Below are positions 53,514 to 62,504 of a stretch of 64,000 bases of DNA, in pieces. The notes under the pieces are model-generated. The model was not told where the DNA came from. It ran no database searches and saw only the letters and a program-made list of their open reading frames with translations. Position 1 is the stretch's first letter, and each line of letters begins with the position of its first letter. The stretch is from the NCBI RefSeq assembly GCF_026391055.1, contig NZ_JAPLET010000022.1:647648-711647 (forward strand), read 5' to 3'. Both the position numbers and the translations under genes were made by a program. This stretch comes from Spirosoma sp. Lineage in GTDB: Bacteria; Bacteroidota; Bacteroidia; Cytophagales; Spirosomataceae.

Positions 53514-55232
53514 ATGTCTTTTTTAAATATAGATTCAGTTAAGGAGCGTACGTTTGATGCAATTGTGGTTGGTTCAGGCATCAGTGGTGGCTGGGCAGCC
53601 AAAGAGCTGACGGGTCATGGGTTACGTACTCTCGTTCTGGAGCGGGGTCGCGATGTGAAGCACATTACCGACTATCCGACCACAATGATGCAGCCCTGGG
53701 AGTTTGCGCATGGGGGGCAGCTAACCAAAGAATACCGAGACGCTAACCCCATTGCTAGCCGATGCTATGCGAACCGGGAAGATGCCAGTCATTTCTTTGT
53801 CAAAGATGCCGAGCACCCTTACGTACAGGAAAAGCCGTTTGACTGGATACGCGGCTATCAGGTTGGCGGCAAATCGTTGATGTGGGCACGGGGAACCCAA
53901 CGCTGGTCACAATATGATTTTGATGGTCCCGCCCGCGATGGTTTTGCCGTTGAGTGGCCTATTGGCTACGCGGACATTGCCCCTTGGTATAGCTATGTTG
54001 AAAAATTCGCCGGTATCTCCGGAAACCGGGACGGCCTGGCGCAACTACCTGATGGTGAGTTTCTGGCTCCTCATGAGCAGTCATGTGTAGAAAAGCACTT
54101 TACCGACCAAATGGCAAAGCACTATGCCGGTACTCGCCCCATTATTATTGGTCGTTGCGCTCATTTGACTAAGCCGCAACCCATCCACTACCAACAGGGC
54201 CGCGGTCAGTGCCAGAACCGTTCATTATGTCAGCGGGGTTGTCCGTATGGCGGCTATTTCAGCAGTAATTCATCTACGCTGCCCTGGGCGGCTAAAACCG
54301 GGAAAATGACATTGCGCCCTGACTCTGTGGTGCATTCGATTATCTTCGATGAGAAGAAAAATAAAGCGACGGGCGTTCGTGTTATTGACGCCCATACCAA
54401 GGAAATAACCGAGTATTACGCCAAAATTATCTTTGTTAATGCGGCTTGTTTAAACACCAATCTTGTTCTGTTGAACTCAAAATCAAACCGGTTCCCTAAC
54501 GGCCTTGGTAATGACAACGGCTTGCTTGGTAAATATGTAGCGTTTCATAATTTCCGAACGACTATATCGGCTGAACACGAAGGTTTCCAGGATACAACCA
54601 CCGAAGGTATTCGCCCTAACGGCAGCTACATTCCCCGCTTTCGTAATGTATTCAAGCAGGAAACAGACTTTCTGCGCGGCTACGCGGCCGGGTTTGGCTC
54701 CAGCCGTATGACTTCTACTGATACATCGGGACTGGGTGAAGACCTAAAGGCAAGTCTGATGCAGCCTAAGTATGGTAACTGGCAGGTAAGTTCGCATATG
54801 ATGGGAGAAACCATTCCCAAAGAGAGCAACTACGTGCAGTTGGATAAAAGTTTGACTGACGCCTGGGGGATTCCACAACTGAAAATATCTGTCGCCTATG
54901 ACGATAACGACGAGAAAATGATTCGGGACTTCCATGAACAGATGAGTGAGATGTTAACGGTATCCGGCTTCAAAAACATACGTACCAATGACCGGCCTGA
55001 TAAAGCTCCGGGCCTGGACATTCACGAAATGGGTGGAGTTCGTATGGGCAAAGACCCCAAGACATCTCTGTTAAATAAGTGGAATCAACTTCACACTTGT
55101 AAGAACGTATTTGTTACGGATGGTGCCTGTATGACCTCAACGTCCACTCAAAATCCATCGCTTACATTCATGGCTATCACGGCCAGGGCTGCCGATCACG
55201 CAGTAAAAGAGTTAAGGAAAGGAAATTTGTGA
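53514..55232 (+). CDS. GMC-family FAD-dependent oxidoreductase
   Basis: 572 aa counted from MSFLNIDS. FAD motif 'FDAIVVGSGISGGWAAKEL'. C-terminal 'NVFVTDGACMTSTSTQNPSLTFMA'. Confidence 0.9.
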   Translation: MSFLNIDSVKERTFDAIVVGSGISGGWAAKELTGHGLRTLVLERGRDVKHITDYPTTMMQPWEFAHGGQLTKEYRDANPIASRCYANREDASHFFVKDAEHPYVQEKPFDWIRGYQVGGKSLMWARGTQRWSQYDFDGPARDGFAVEWPIGYADIAPWYSYVEKFAGISGNRDGLAQLPDGEFLAPHEQSCVEKHFTDQMAKHYAGTRPIIIGRCAHLTKPQPIHYQQGRGQCQNRSLCQRGCPYGGYFSSNSSTLPWAAKTGKMTLRPDSVVHSIIFDEKKNKATGVRVIDAHTKEITEYYAKIIFVNAACLNTNLVLLNSKSNRFPNGLGNDNGLLGKYVAFHNFRTTISAEHEGFQDTTTEGIRPNGSYIPRFRNVFKQETDFLRGYAAGFGSSRMTSTDTSGLGEDLKASLMQPKYGNWQVSSHMMGETIPKESNYVQLDKSLTDAWGIPQLKISVAYDDNDEKMIRDFHEQMSEMLTVSGFKNIRTNDRPDKAPGLDIHEMGGVRMGKDPKTSLLNKWNQLHTCKNVFVTDGACMTSTSTQNPSLTFMAITARAADHAVKELRKGNL

Positions 55233-55236
55233 TTTT

Positions 55237-55278
55237 CGGTGGTGGTTGAACTGTGTTGATGACGTTCAGCCACTACCG
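55237..55278 (+). terminator. Stem-loop immediately after the GMC oxidoreductase gene
   Basis: 15-bp stem CGGTGGTGGTTGAAC / GTTCAGCCACTACCG (two G-U pairs) with a 12-nt loop. No clear U-tract. Confidence 0.45.
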
Positions 55279-55379
55279 AATAAGTTAAACCGTAAACTTT
55301 TGATTATAAGTTAATAGACCAACTACGTTTCGTATTAAGCCAGGAAATACTAGTTGATAAAATGTATTTTTGGTCATAA

Positions 55380-55427
55380 CTGTATGTCGTCAGCCGCATC
55401 TGTACACTTCCGGTTGACGACATACAG
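55380..55427 (-). terminator. Stem-loop downstream of the minus-strand membrane-protein gene
   Basis: Perfect 13-bp arms CTGTATGTCGTCA / TGACGACATACAG with a 22-nt loop. Confidence 0.45.
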
Positions 55428-55495
55428 CTGTTGCCAGTTATTAAAACAATCCTTCTGCTGATATATTCTATTCATAAACACATATTGGAATAGTT

Positions 55496-55771
55496 TTAAC
55501 CGATTGCGTCTTTGAGCATAAGTATAAATTCAAATCCTGTCCACAAAATACCCATTGCAAATCCCACCGAAGCGAAAGTCTTTTTGTCGGTCAGTTTGTT
55601 AGTTGCGAAAGCGTATAACAGCAAGAGAGGCCCTGAAAAAAAGACAGCGAAATAGACGATCCCGATGTTAGGCCCACCGGGAGTTTTATAAAACTTCTCG
55701 CTAATCATGATGAGTATCGGTAAAATCAGCAGAGTGAGTATAGCAACATGCAGGTAAGAAGATCGGTCCAT
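55496..55771 (-). CDS. Three-TM small membrane protein (hypothetical)
   Basis: About 91 aa counted from MDRSSYLHVAILTLLILPILIM. The ORF-track N-terminal extension to 55915 is read-through into repeat copy 2. Confidence 0.5.
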   Translation of the reverse strand: MDRSSYLHVAILTLLILPILIMISEKFYKTPGGPNIGIVYFAVFFSGPLLLLYAFATNKLTDKKTFASVGFAMGILWTGFEFILMLKDAIG

Positions 55772-55790
55772 CTGTTTTGTTGTATAAGTG

Positions 55791-55924
55791 CAGTGGCTAT
55801 TGCAAAAGTCTGAAACGGGTGTGACTGCCTTGGATGAATGGCTAATTTCACTCCATTTACAAGGTAAAACCAGCTTACTTGGCAGGAGTTTTCGTAACCC
55901 TGTTGACTTTTGCATCAGCCACTG
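55791..55924. repeat. 134-bp TIR repeat element, copy 2
   Basis: Ends CAGTGGCTATTGCAAAAGTC ... GACTTTTGCATCAGCCACTG; 18 of 20 positions are complementary. Confidence 0.8.
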
Positions 55925-55937
55925 TCTTTATATTCAG

Positions 55938-56708
55938 CTATGGCAACGGATGCTTAGAGATATAGACCACCCCCCGCCCCTGCTTACTGTTGCAGAATGA
56001 AAAGGCTTCCCCCGAATTCCCCCGCCCACAGACCGCATCGGTACCGGCTATATAGAGCCGCTGTTGCTCATCCAGATACAGACTCTTCAGCTGATGCAAC
56101 TGAGGCAAATCAATTCGACGGCCGGTCGCCGTAACAACACCAGGCGTTTCGAAATTACCAGTTGTAGCGGTTGGCCCATCGAGGAAGACTCGGTTGATCT
56201 TATAGTTGTCTCCCGTGGTTGTCACAACTGGATTAACCAGCAGTCGTTTGTCAATAGTACCGGGGGCAGGCATCTCCGTTAGCAACCGGTTACGTCCCCT
56301 ATACGGTTGCCAAGTTTGGCCATCATCTAAACTGTAGTTGTCGGCCGTGATTAGAAACTGTGGGGACTCACTGGATACTTTCACGGTTTGGCTTGCTAGC
56401 CCGTTCATGGTAAACAGTGTATCGCCGTTCTGAACTACGCCAAACATAGCGATCGATTGCTGATGGACCTGTTGCCAATTCTTACCCTGATCGGTCGAGC
56501 GGAAAAGTAAATACCTGGTCGAAATCAATAAGGTCTTGTCCCGATTGCCCCACACTCCTTGAATATCTTTGTCCACTGGAGCTTTGAACGTGTACCAGTC
56601 TGGGTATTCGGCTAATACAGTGTCGTGCTTAGGATCGACGACGTCAGATTGAGTTTTTTTACAAGACAAGGTTAGTAGCAGTAAGCTACAGTAAAGTAAC
56701 GTTTTCAT
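55938..56708 (-). CDS. Lipoprotein with BNR/Asp-box repeats (beta-propeller-like)
   Basis: 256-aa ORF. Lipobox 'LLTLSCKK'. Asp-boxes 'STDQGKNW' and 'SLDDGQTW'. Confidence 0.68.
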   Translation of the reverse strand: MKTLLYCSLLLLTLSCKKTQSDVVDPKHDTVLAEYPDWYTFKAPVDKDIQGVWGNRDKTLLISTRYLLFRSTDQGKNWQQVHQQSIAMFGVVQNGDTLFTMNGLASQTVKVSSESPQFLITADNYSLDDGQTWQPYRGRNRLLTEMPAPGTIDKRLLVNPVVTTTGDNYKINRVFLDGPTATTGNFETPGVVTATGRRIDLPQLHQLKSLYLDEQQRLYIAGTDAVCGRGNSGEAFSFCNSKQGRGVVYISKHPLP

Positions 56709-56914
56709 GGTTGTTGAGTCATGGTTTTACTGCTTTTAAAAGGCAATAATAGCTGCTTATACTCCCTGATTTAACCAATGGTTATGCTGTGAACCTACTG
56801 AAATTCTATTAACATAATATTGATCTTTCGTCTCTCCTTTCCAAAGGACAATCCGGCCTCTTTTCACGGCTTATATAGAAGGGTTGATCTTGGAAATTTC
56901 ACATAACATAAGAT

Positions 56915-57048
56915 TAGTGGCTGTTGCAGAAGTCGGCACCGGCTTACACATTCCGTTTCAACCGTTTGTTTTTGAAGTTAAATTACGTGAAATGAGAGCT
57001 GTTGTTTGAGCCAAAAAAGCGCCTTTCAGACTTTTTCAACAGCCACTG
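56915..57048. repeat. 134-bp TIR repeat element, copy 3 (inverted relative to copies 1 and 2)
   Basis: Ends TAGTGGCTGTTGCAGAAGTC ... GACTTTTTCAACAGCCACTG. The subterminal CTTTCAGAC at the right end matches GTCTGAAA at the left end of copies 1 and 2. Confidence 0.8.
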
Positions 57049-57869
57049 TAGTTATACAAAAAATCTAGAGAGAGTATATAGTTTAATGCCATTTAGAAGA
57101 TAATACATTTTTGTATTTTAGCTTTAAAAGTACCAAATTAACTGAGCTTGTAAACTAATCGAATAGTCATTATAATAAGTTTTTGTCATGCTCAGATATA
57201 CACCAAATTTGTACGTTTTCTAGCTATATCGTATAACGAGTTCTATGTAAAATGTTACAAATTGTAAGACAAAAACTGCCATCTGTCTTCCAGTGTAAAA
57301 CGTAGTATAAGATTATTTAGCCGATAATTCTACAAGCAATTTCGTGGAGCAATAGGCCAATAAAACCTCTTATTCATGGTGAAAGTACATAAAAATTCCT
57401 CCATCTAATTTGGAGACATTTTGGAGAGAAAATGATTTTTAGCTATAGCTAATACAATCCAGTCGCGCACGTCGGGCAACTTCCTACTTCACGCGTTATA
57501 ATAAGCTAAGTGATTTACTTTACTCACTTTTGTAGAGAAGCTACTGGTTTCATCTAACAAGGGGTTAGGGTCTGTTGTTAATCAGGAACAGAGCTAATAA
57601 ACCTACTCACCACTTCACTTATGGAAAAGGAGCCGATTAACAAGAAGGTACTGGCCAACCACACAACACTAGTAGTTCTTAAACACGGTAATCCCGACTA
57701 AATCAAGGAAAAGCTAAAACTTATTGGGGAGAACATTAGCCATCTGGGTAGAACCATTGAACTAAAATTGATCAATACCAAACACTAGCTTTCTACTTCA
57801 TAGAGGGCTTATTGAGACACTAAGTTTTTAATATTTATACAACTCTAACCATTATATACGCATATAACA

Positions 57870-58607
57870 ATGACTGTAAGATTAATTGCCATGTGCTTGC
57901 TATTATCGGCATTTCAGCCGTTAAAAGCTCAATTTCGATTGGATTTAGAAGGAGGTTTAGTGTTTAGTACCAATTATAATGATATCCGGATACCCGGCAT
58001 TGGTGGGACGCTCATTGATGTAAGTGATCAGCTTACGGTAAAGCCTCAGGTCTTCTACCGGCTTCGGGCAGGTTACACGATTGCAAACAGACACACAATT
58101 TCAGCATTATATGCCCCTCTTACCGTAAATTATGACGGATCATTTGACCAAGACGTCAACTTCAATGAGGTTATCTACCGCAGAAATGAAGATGTAAGTG
58201 TGAATTATAAGTTCAATTCATATCGTTTGACTTATCGATATGATTTCATTGCAAATAATAGTTGGAGAGTTGGCGCTGGTCTGACTGGTAAGATCCGAGA
58301 CGCAGATGTCAGATACAGAAATGCGTCAAATGATCAACATTTCAGCAATATAGGTTTTGTCCCTCTTGTGAACTTTTACGTCGGTTATAAACCAAACGAG
58401 CATTGGACAGCCATTTTGGAAGGCGATGCTTTAGCTTCCAAATTTGGCAGAGCTGAAGATATCTTTGCTGGCGCATCCTACCACATAAATCAGAATTTTG
58501 GTATAAAATTAGGCTACCGCGTTGTCGAAGGAGGGGCCGATAATGACCAGATCTATAACTTCACCTGGATTAATTACGCTTCAGCGGGTTTGTTGATATC
58601 ATTTTAA
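57870..58607 (+). CDS. Small outer-membrane beta-barrel protein (hypothetical)
   Basis: 245-aa ORF. Signal peptide MTVRLIAMCLLLSAFQPLKAQ. Alternating aromatic/Gly strands. C-terminal 'AGLLISF'. Confidence 0.62.
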   Translation: MTVRLIAMCLLLSAFQPLKAQFRLDLEGGLVFSTNYNDIRIPGIGGTLIDVSDQLTVKPQVFYRLRAGYTIANRHTISALYAPLTVNYDGSFDQDVNFNEVIYRRNEDVSVNYKFNSYRLTYRYDFIANNSWRVGAGLTGKIRDADVRYRNASNDQHFSNIGFVPLVNFYVGYKPNEHWTAILEGDALASKFGRAEDIFAGASYHINQNFGIKLGYRVVEGGADNDQIYNFTWINYASAGLLISF

Positions 58608-58801
58608 AAACCTACGACAGAAGGCAAGATCAGTAAGCTGATTCTTTTATAAGCAATCCAGGAAAGCAGTGTTTAAAATAATTTCTGTTTTAAAAAGCGG
58701 ATACATGAACGTCCCTTCGTCGCACTCAGGAGAGTTTTAGTAAACGTTTTTAAACGTGGTTTAAGGCAGTTGCTTAAAGTACTTAGCCAAATACGGAAAG
58801 T

Positions 58802-59458
58802 TTATTTCATTAGATCAACGCCAACATTGAACGCAAGCCAAGCCTCTGATCTATCCCGGTACAAGTTAATAGAGGATGGTAATTTGCTGAACGTAATGGG
58901 ATTTTTAATTTGAAGGTATTGTACTGGGGCAACAATGGTGGCATTGCTGCCCGTTGAATAATTCAGTTGAAGCATAAAGTTAACCCGGTTGGGCCGACTT
59001 CTGAACGCGGGCAGTTCGGGACTGACATCCACTTTCTTGACCAACACCACCTCCCCCGGAGAAATCGGACTACCAACTGTTGAAGTACCAACTTCATAAA
59101 ATCCCGTCTGTAGACGCGAACCAACAATGGGGCTTTTCTTAGGGAGGAAACTGGCGGTATTGATGCGTCTGAAGTCGAGCGATACGTTATACAAATAGGA
59201 GTCCCCACTTGTTGAATGAATAATATCGACTGCCTTACTTTTGGGTAACTTCACGTTTGGACTGGCGGGCGTTATTTGGCCGACGATCTCCTGATTTTTT
59301 CCAAGAAAAGTTAGCCTCTGGATTTGAAATTCGCAGGGAAACGGTCTAGGCTGGCCATTATTCATTTTGCAAGGAAGAGGTGATGGCGGAGCAGTATCAA
59401 CAATAGATACTGCGGAAATCAAACTGGCTAGGAGTACAGCGAATAGACTTGTTTTCAT
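58802..59458 (-). CDS. Exported hypothetical protein
   Basis: 218-aa ORF. Signal peptide MKTSLFAVLLASLISAVS. No motif recognised. Confidence 0.45.
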   Translation of the reverse strand: MKTSLFAVLLASLISAVSIVDTAPPSPLPCKMNNGQPRPFPCEFQIQRLTFLGKNQEIVGQITPASPNVKLPKSKAVDIIHSTSGDSYLYNVSLDFRRINTASFLPKKSPIVGSRLQTGFYEVGTSTVGSPISPGEVVLVKKVDVSPELPAFRSRPNRVNFMLQLNYSTGSNATIVAPVQYLQIKNPITFSKLPSSINLYRDRSEAWLAFNVGVDLMK

Positions 59459-59785
59459 TGGTAAAGATCAGTGTATGGTTATCCGTAATGACATACTATA
59501 TTTTCGTTGATCTTTAAGATAGCTAAAAATCTGGTGTGTAGAAAGGTGCCTTTTTCGCTTTAGGCTTTTCTTTATTAACTATCTTCGCATTCACCATCTG
59601 TCAAACGTGATCCCTCAAATACGAGAGGTTTAATAACTCCGATTTAAATAAGAGATTTTCCAGATAGTAAAGCTTTGTTCCAATCCGGGTAGCACCAATA
59701 GTTCGTGCAAACTTCACCCTACTATGGCTCGTCATACCGGCACGTTTACCCCGTAAAAGTTACTCCACACACCTTAAGTTAAAGG

Positions 59786-60181
59786 CTATCTACTACTGTA
59801 AGCCACTTTCTTGAAGGGCGTCGGCTGCAAGGCGCCAGATCGTAATGGACACTCATCGTTGATTAGTTTTAAGACCAGCTGATCATCTTTTATAATTGCT
59901 TGATAGATACCAATCGCCTGGGTGTCGCAGGGACTACTTCCACTTACTTTTTTCCAGCTCAGCGTGTCCCCTTTCATCGTGTAGGTCATCGTTTCGAGCA
60001 ACTGCTGATCCGATGCCGTATACATAGAGATCGTGTCGGCGCCATACCGCATAATAACATTTACCAATTGGCTGGTCTCGACCGCACCTTGCCAGGCGGT
60101 ATGGGCTAATGGGTTTTTTACCTGGGCAGTAGCCGGTAGGCTAACCCACAGGAGAAGAATTATACCAAAGCATGGTTTCAT
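59786..60181 (-). CDS. Exported hypothetical protein (small beta-rich, lipocalin-like size)
   Basis: 131-aa ORF. Signal peptide MKPCFGIILLLWVSLPATAQ. Confidence 0.45.
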   Translation of the reverse strand: MKPCFGIILLLWVSLPATAQVKNPLAHTAWQGAVETSQLVNVIMRYGADTISMYTASDQQLLETMTYTMKGDTLSWKKVSGSSPCDTQAIGIYQAIIKDDQLVLKLINDECPLRSGALQPTPFKKVAYSSR

Positions 60182-60604
60182 AAGCTAACCTAGTAAGGAG
60201 TCGTTAAAGGAAGGTCAAATTTATTCCGATAAACCTATTGGCTTTAGCGTATAATTACCCGATTTTACCGGATGCGCCTAATTTAGCTGGGGTAGCCAGC
60301 CGGAATGCCAATTCGGGCCGGGTCGCACCACCACATGTGCAGGACAACCGGCTAAATAGTCATAAATCAGCCTTCTACGGAACGGGAAGCGTTAGTGATG
60401 TCTACCTACTTGGTGTCTATCCCTGCTTTTCTCTTCGTTATGCCCTATCTGATAGCAATTAATTTGTTGAACTTAGCCAACCGCAATCTTAGCAGGACTC
60501 ACTAAAGTGGATCAACAGACGCTCTCGTGTTTCACATGGGAGCATTTCCTGAGAATAATAACGTACCCGATACTGCAGTTAACGTTGTCGAATCTTAGGG
60601 TTGA

Positions 60605-61519
60605 TTAATTGAACGATCGCCTAAACTCCAGCGGGGAGAGTTTAGTCTTCGTTTTAAAGAGCTTACTGAACGACTGCGGATGCTCAAACCCAAGCTGATA
60701 AGCGATTTCGGCAATGGAGAGGGTGCCAGCACTCAATAAATCTTTCGACCTTTCGATAAGCGCCTGTTGAATATACTGCTGCGTATTCTGCCCAGTGAGC
60801 GAACGTAGCATGTCGCTCAGATAACGAGCAGATACATTGAGCTGAAAGCTGACGTACTGCACCGATGGTAAACCGGTTTGCTGGCTTTTATTCTCCTCAA
60901 AATACTGATCAAGCAAGTTGTCCAATGAAGAAATGATATCGTGGTTTACCGCTTTTCGCGTGAGAAACTGGCGATTATAAAAGCGGTGGCTGTAGTTGAA
61001 CAACACTTCAAGTTGTGATACCAATACATCCTGACTGAATGCGTCTATGTTGGTTTCCAGTTCGCTTTGTATGGCATCAAACAGGTGGCTGACGATCTCT
61101 TTTTCCTGTGCGGACAAGAAAAGTGCTTCATCAGCGGTATAGGAGAAAAACCCATAGCGGTTGATGGACTTGCTTAATGGATAGCCTCTAAGAAAATCAG
61201 GATGAACATATAACGCATAGCCTTCGTATTGGTTACTATCGTCAGAGGTAAAAACAACCTGGTTGGGCCTTAAAAAAGCGAGGCCTCCTTCGTCAAAATC
61301 ATAATAGCGTTGCCCGTATCTCACCCGACCTTTAAAGCTTTTTTTAAAAGACACTTTATAAAAATCAAGTATGATTTTTTCGCCCGTCTTTAAGACGTCA
61401 AAATGAGTCTTGCTATAATCGATTAGCGCGATCAAAGGATGTAAGGGCGGAAGATGTCCCACATGCTTCATAAGTTGGGAGATACTTCTAAAATGGTATG
61501 TACGAATACTATCTTTCAT
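60605..61519 (-). CDS. AraC-family transcriptional regulator
   Basis: 304-aa ORF. C-terminal HTH 'SIAEIAYQLGFEHPQSFSKLFKTKT'. Confidence 0.88.
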   Translation of the reverse strand: MKDSIRTYHFRSISQLMKHVGHLPPLHPLIALIDYSKTHFDVLKTGEKIILDFYKVSFKKSFKGRVRYGQRYYDFDEGGLAFLRPNQVVFTSDDSNQYEGYALYVHPDFLRGYPLSKSINRYGFFSYTADEALFLSAQEKEIVSHLFDAIQSELETNIDAFSQDVLVSQLEVLFNYSHRFYNRQFLTRKAVNHDIISSLDNLLDQYFEENKSQQTGLPSVQYVSFQLNVSARYLSDMLRSLTGQNTQQYIQQALIERSKDLLSAGTLSIAEIAYQLGFEHPQSFSKLFKTKTKLSPLEFRRSFN

Positions 61520-61546
61520 GTAAGTACTAACAATATCTTTTCAGGC

Positions 61547-62296
61547 TTAATCCTGTTTCGCAGGCCGGATAACAATGTCTCCTACTTCTACATCGGCTGG
61601 CTGACTGATCGCATAGATAACGGCATTAGCCACCGCAACCGGAGGTAATCCTAATCGCTCCATTGTCTGTAGAACCTGTTGGCGTTTTTCTTCATCTTTT
61701 ATCGTATTTACGAGGTTTGTCTTTACATAACCCGGCGATATACCCGTAATGCGAATGGTGCCATCCGACTCCTGGCGGAATGCTTCGGTCAGGGTTCGTA
61801 CGGCATTTTTAGTTGCGGCATACACTCCCTGCGTCGGAACAATCTTTAGGCCCGAGGTTGAGATAATGTTGATGATGTGACCGGACTGCTGCTGTTTAAA
61901 AACAGGGATGGCTGCTGCCATGCCATATAATACGCCTTTCAAGTTACTGTCGATCATTTCTTCCCATTCGTTCAGTTCCAGTTCATCAATACGGTTTATG
62001 TGCGTGACACCGGCATTATTGACCATAACATCCAGCCTGCCATAAGTATCTACAGCGGTAGTAACCAACCGAAGCAGGTCTTCTTTTTTCTTTACATCGG
62101 TCACTACATGCACGGCATCTCCGCCCGCTAGTTTTATCTGCTCGGCTACCTCTATCAATGCCGCTTTCGTGCGGGATCCTAACACTACTTTGGCTCCGTA
62201 TTTGGCCAACTCTACCGCAATGGCCTTGCCAATGCCACTTCCTGCACCCGTAATGGCAATTACCATATCCGAAACTTGCTTTTGCATATGCTTCAA
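61547..62296 (-). CDS. Short-chain dehydrogenase/reductase (classical SDR)
   Basis: 249-aa ORF. 'AITGAGSGIGKA', 'NNAG', 'YAATKNAVRT'. Confidence 0.9.
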   Translation of the reverse strand: MKHMQKQVSDMVIAITGAGSGIGKAIAVELAKYGAKVVLGSRTKAALIEVAEQIKLAGGDAVHVVTDVKKKEDLLRLVTTAVDTYGRLDVMVNNAGVTHINRIDELELNEWEEMIDSNLKGVLYGMAAAIPVFKQQQSGHIINIISTSGLKIVPTQGVYAATKNAVRTLTEAFRQESDGTIRITGISPGYVKTNLVNTIKDEEKRQQVLQTMERLGLPPVAVANAVIYAISQPADVEVGDIVIRPAKQD

Positions 62297-62504
62297 TTTA
62301 TTTTATGCAAAGGTCCCATTCAGGCTTGGGCAAAAAGTAGTCAGATCGGTAAATGCTGTAATCAGATCGGCAGGATCGGTTTTCAGTATGTGACATTTTA
62401 TCTAACGGAGGAGCGTTATTTGAAAATGGGCTTTCAGGAAAGTGAGGGCATTTGCCAAGGGCCGTACGGCTAAATTATTGACTAAGCACCTCTTAACGCA
62501 TGGG

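Noticed and set aside
55772-55915. N-terminal extension of the 55496-55915 ORF
   Set aside because: The extension is read-through of repeat copy 2. A downstream Met (MDRSSYLH...) gives a coherent 3-TM protein.
62400-62504. Possible third, inverted copy of the ~70-nt intergenic motif downstream of the GAF kinase
   Set aside because: Only scattered short matches are present (AGCCGT, AAATGCCC, CCCATTTT), and they require large gaps. This is too weak to claim.
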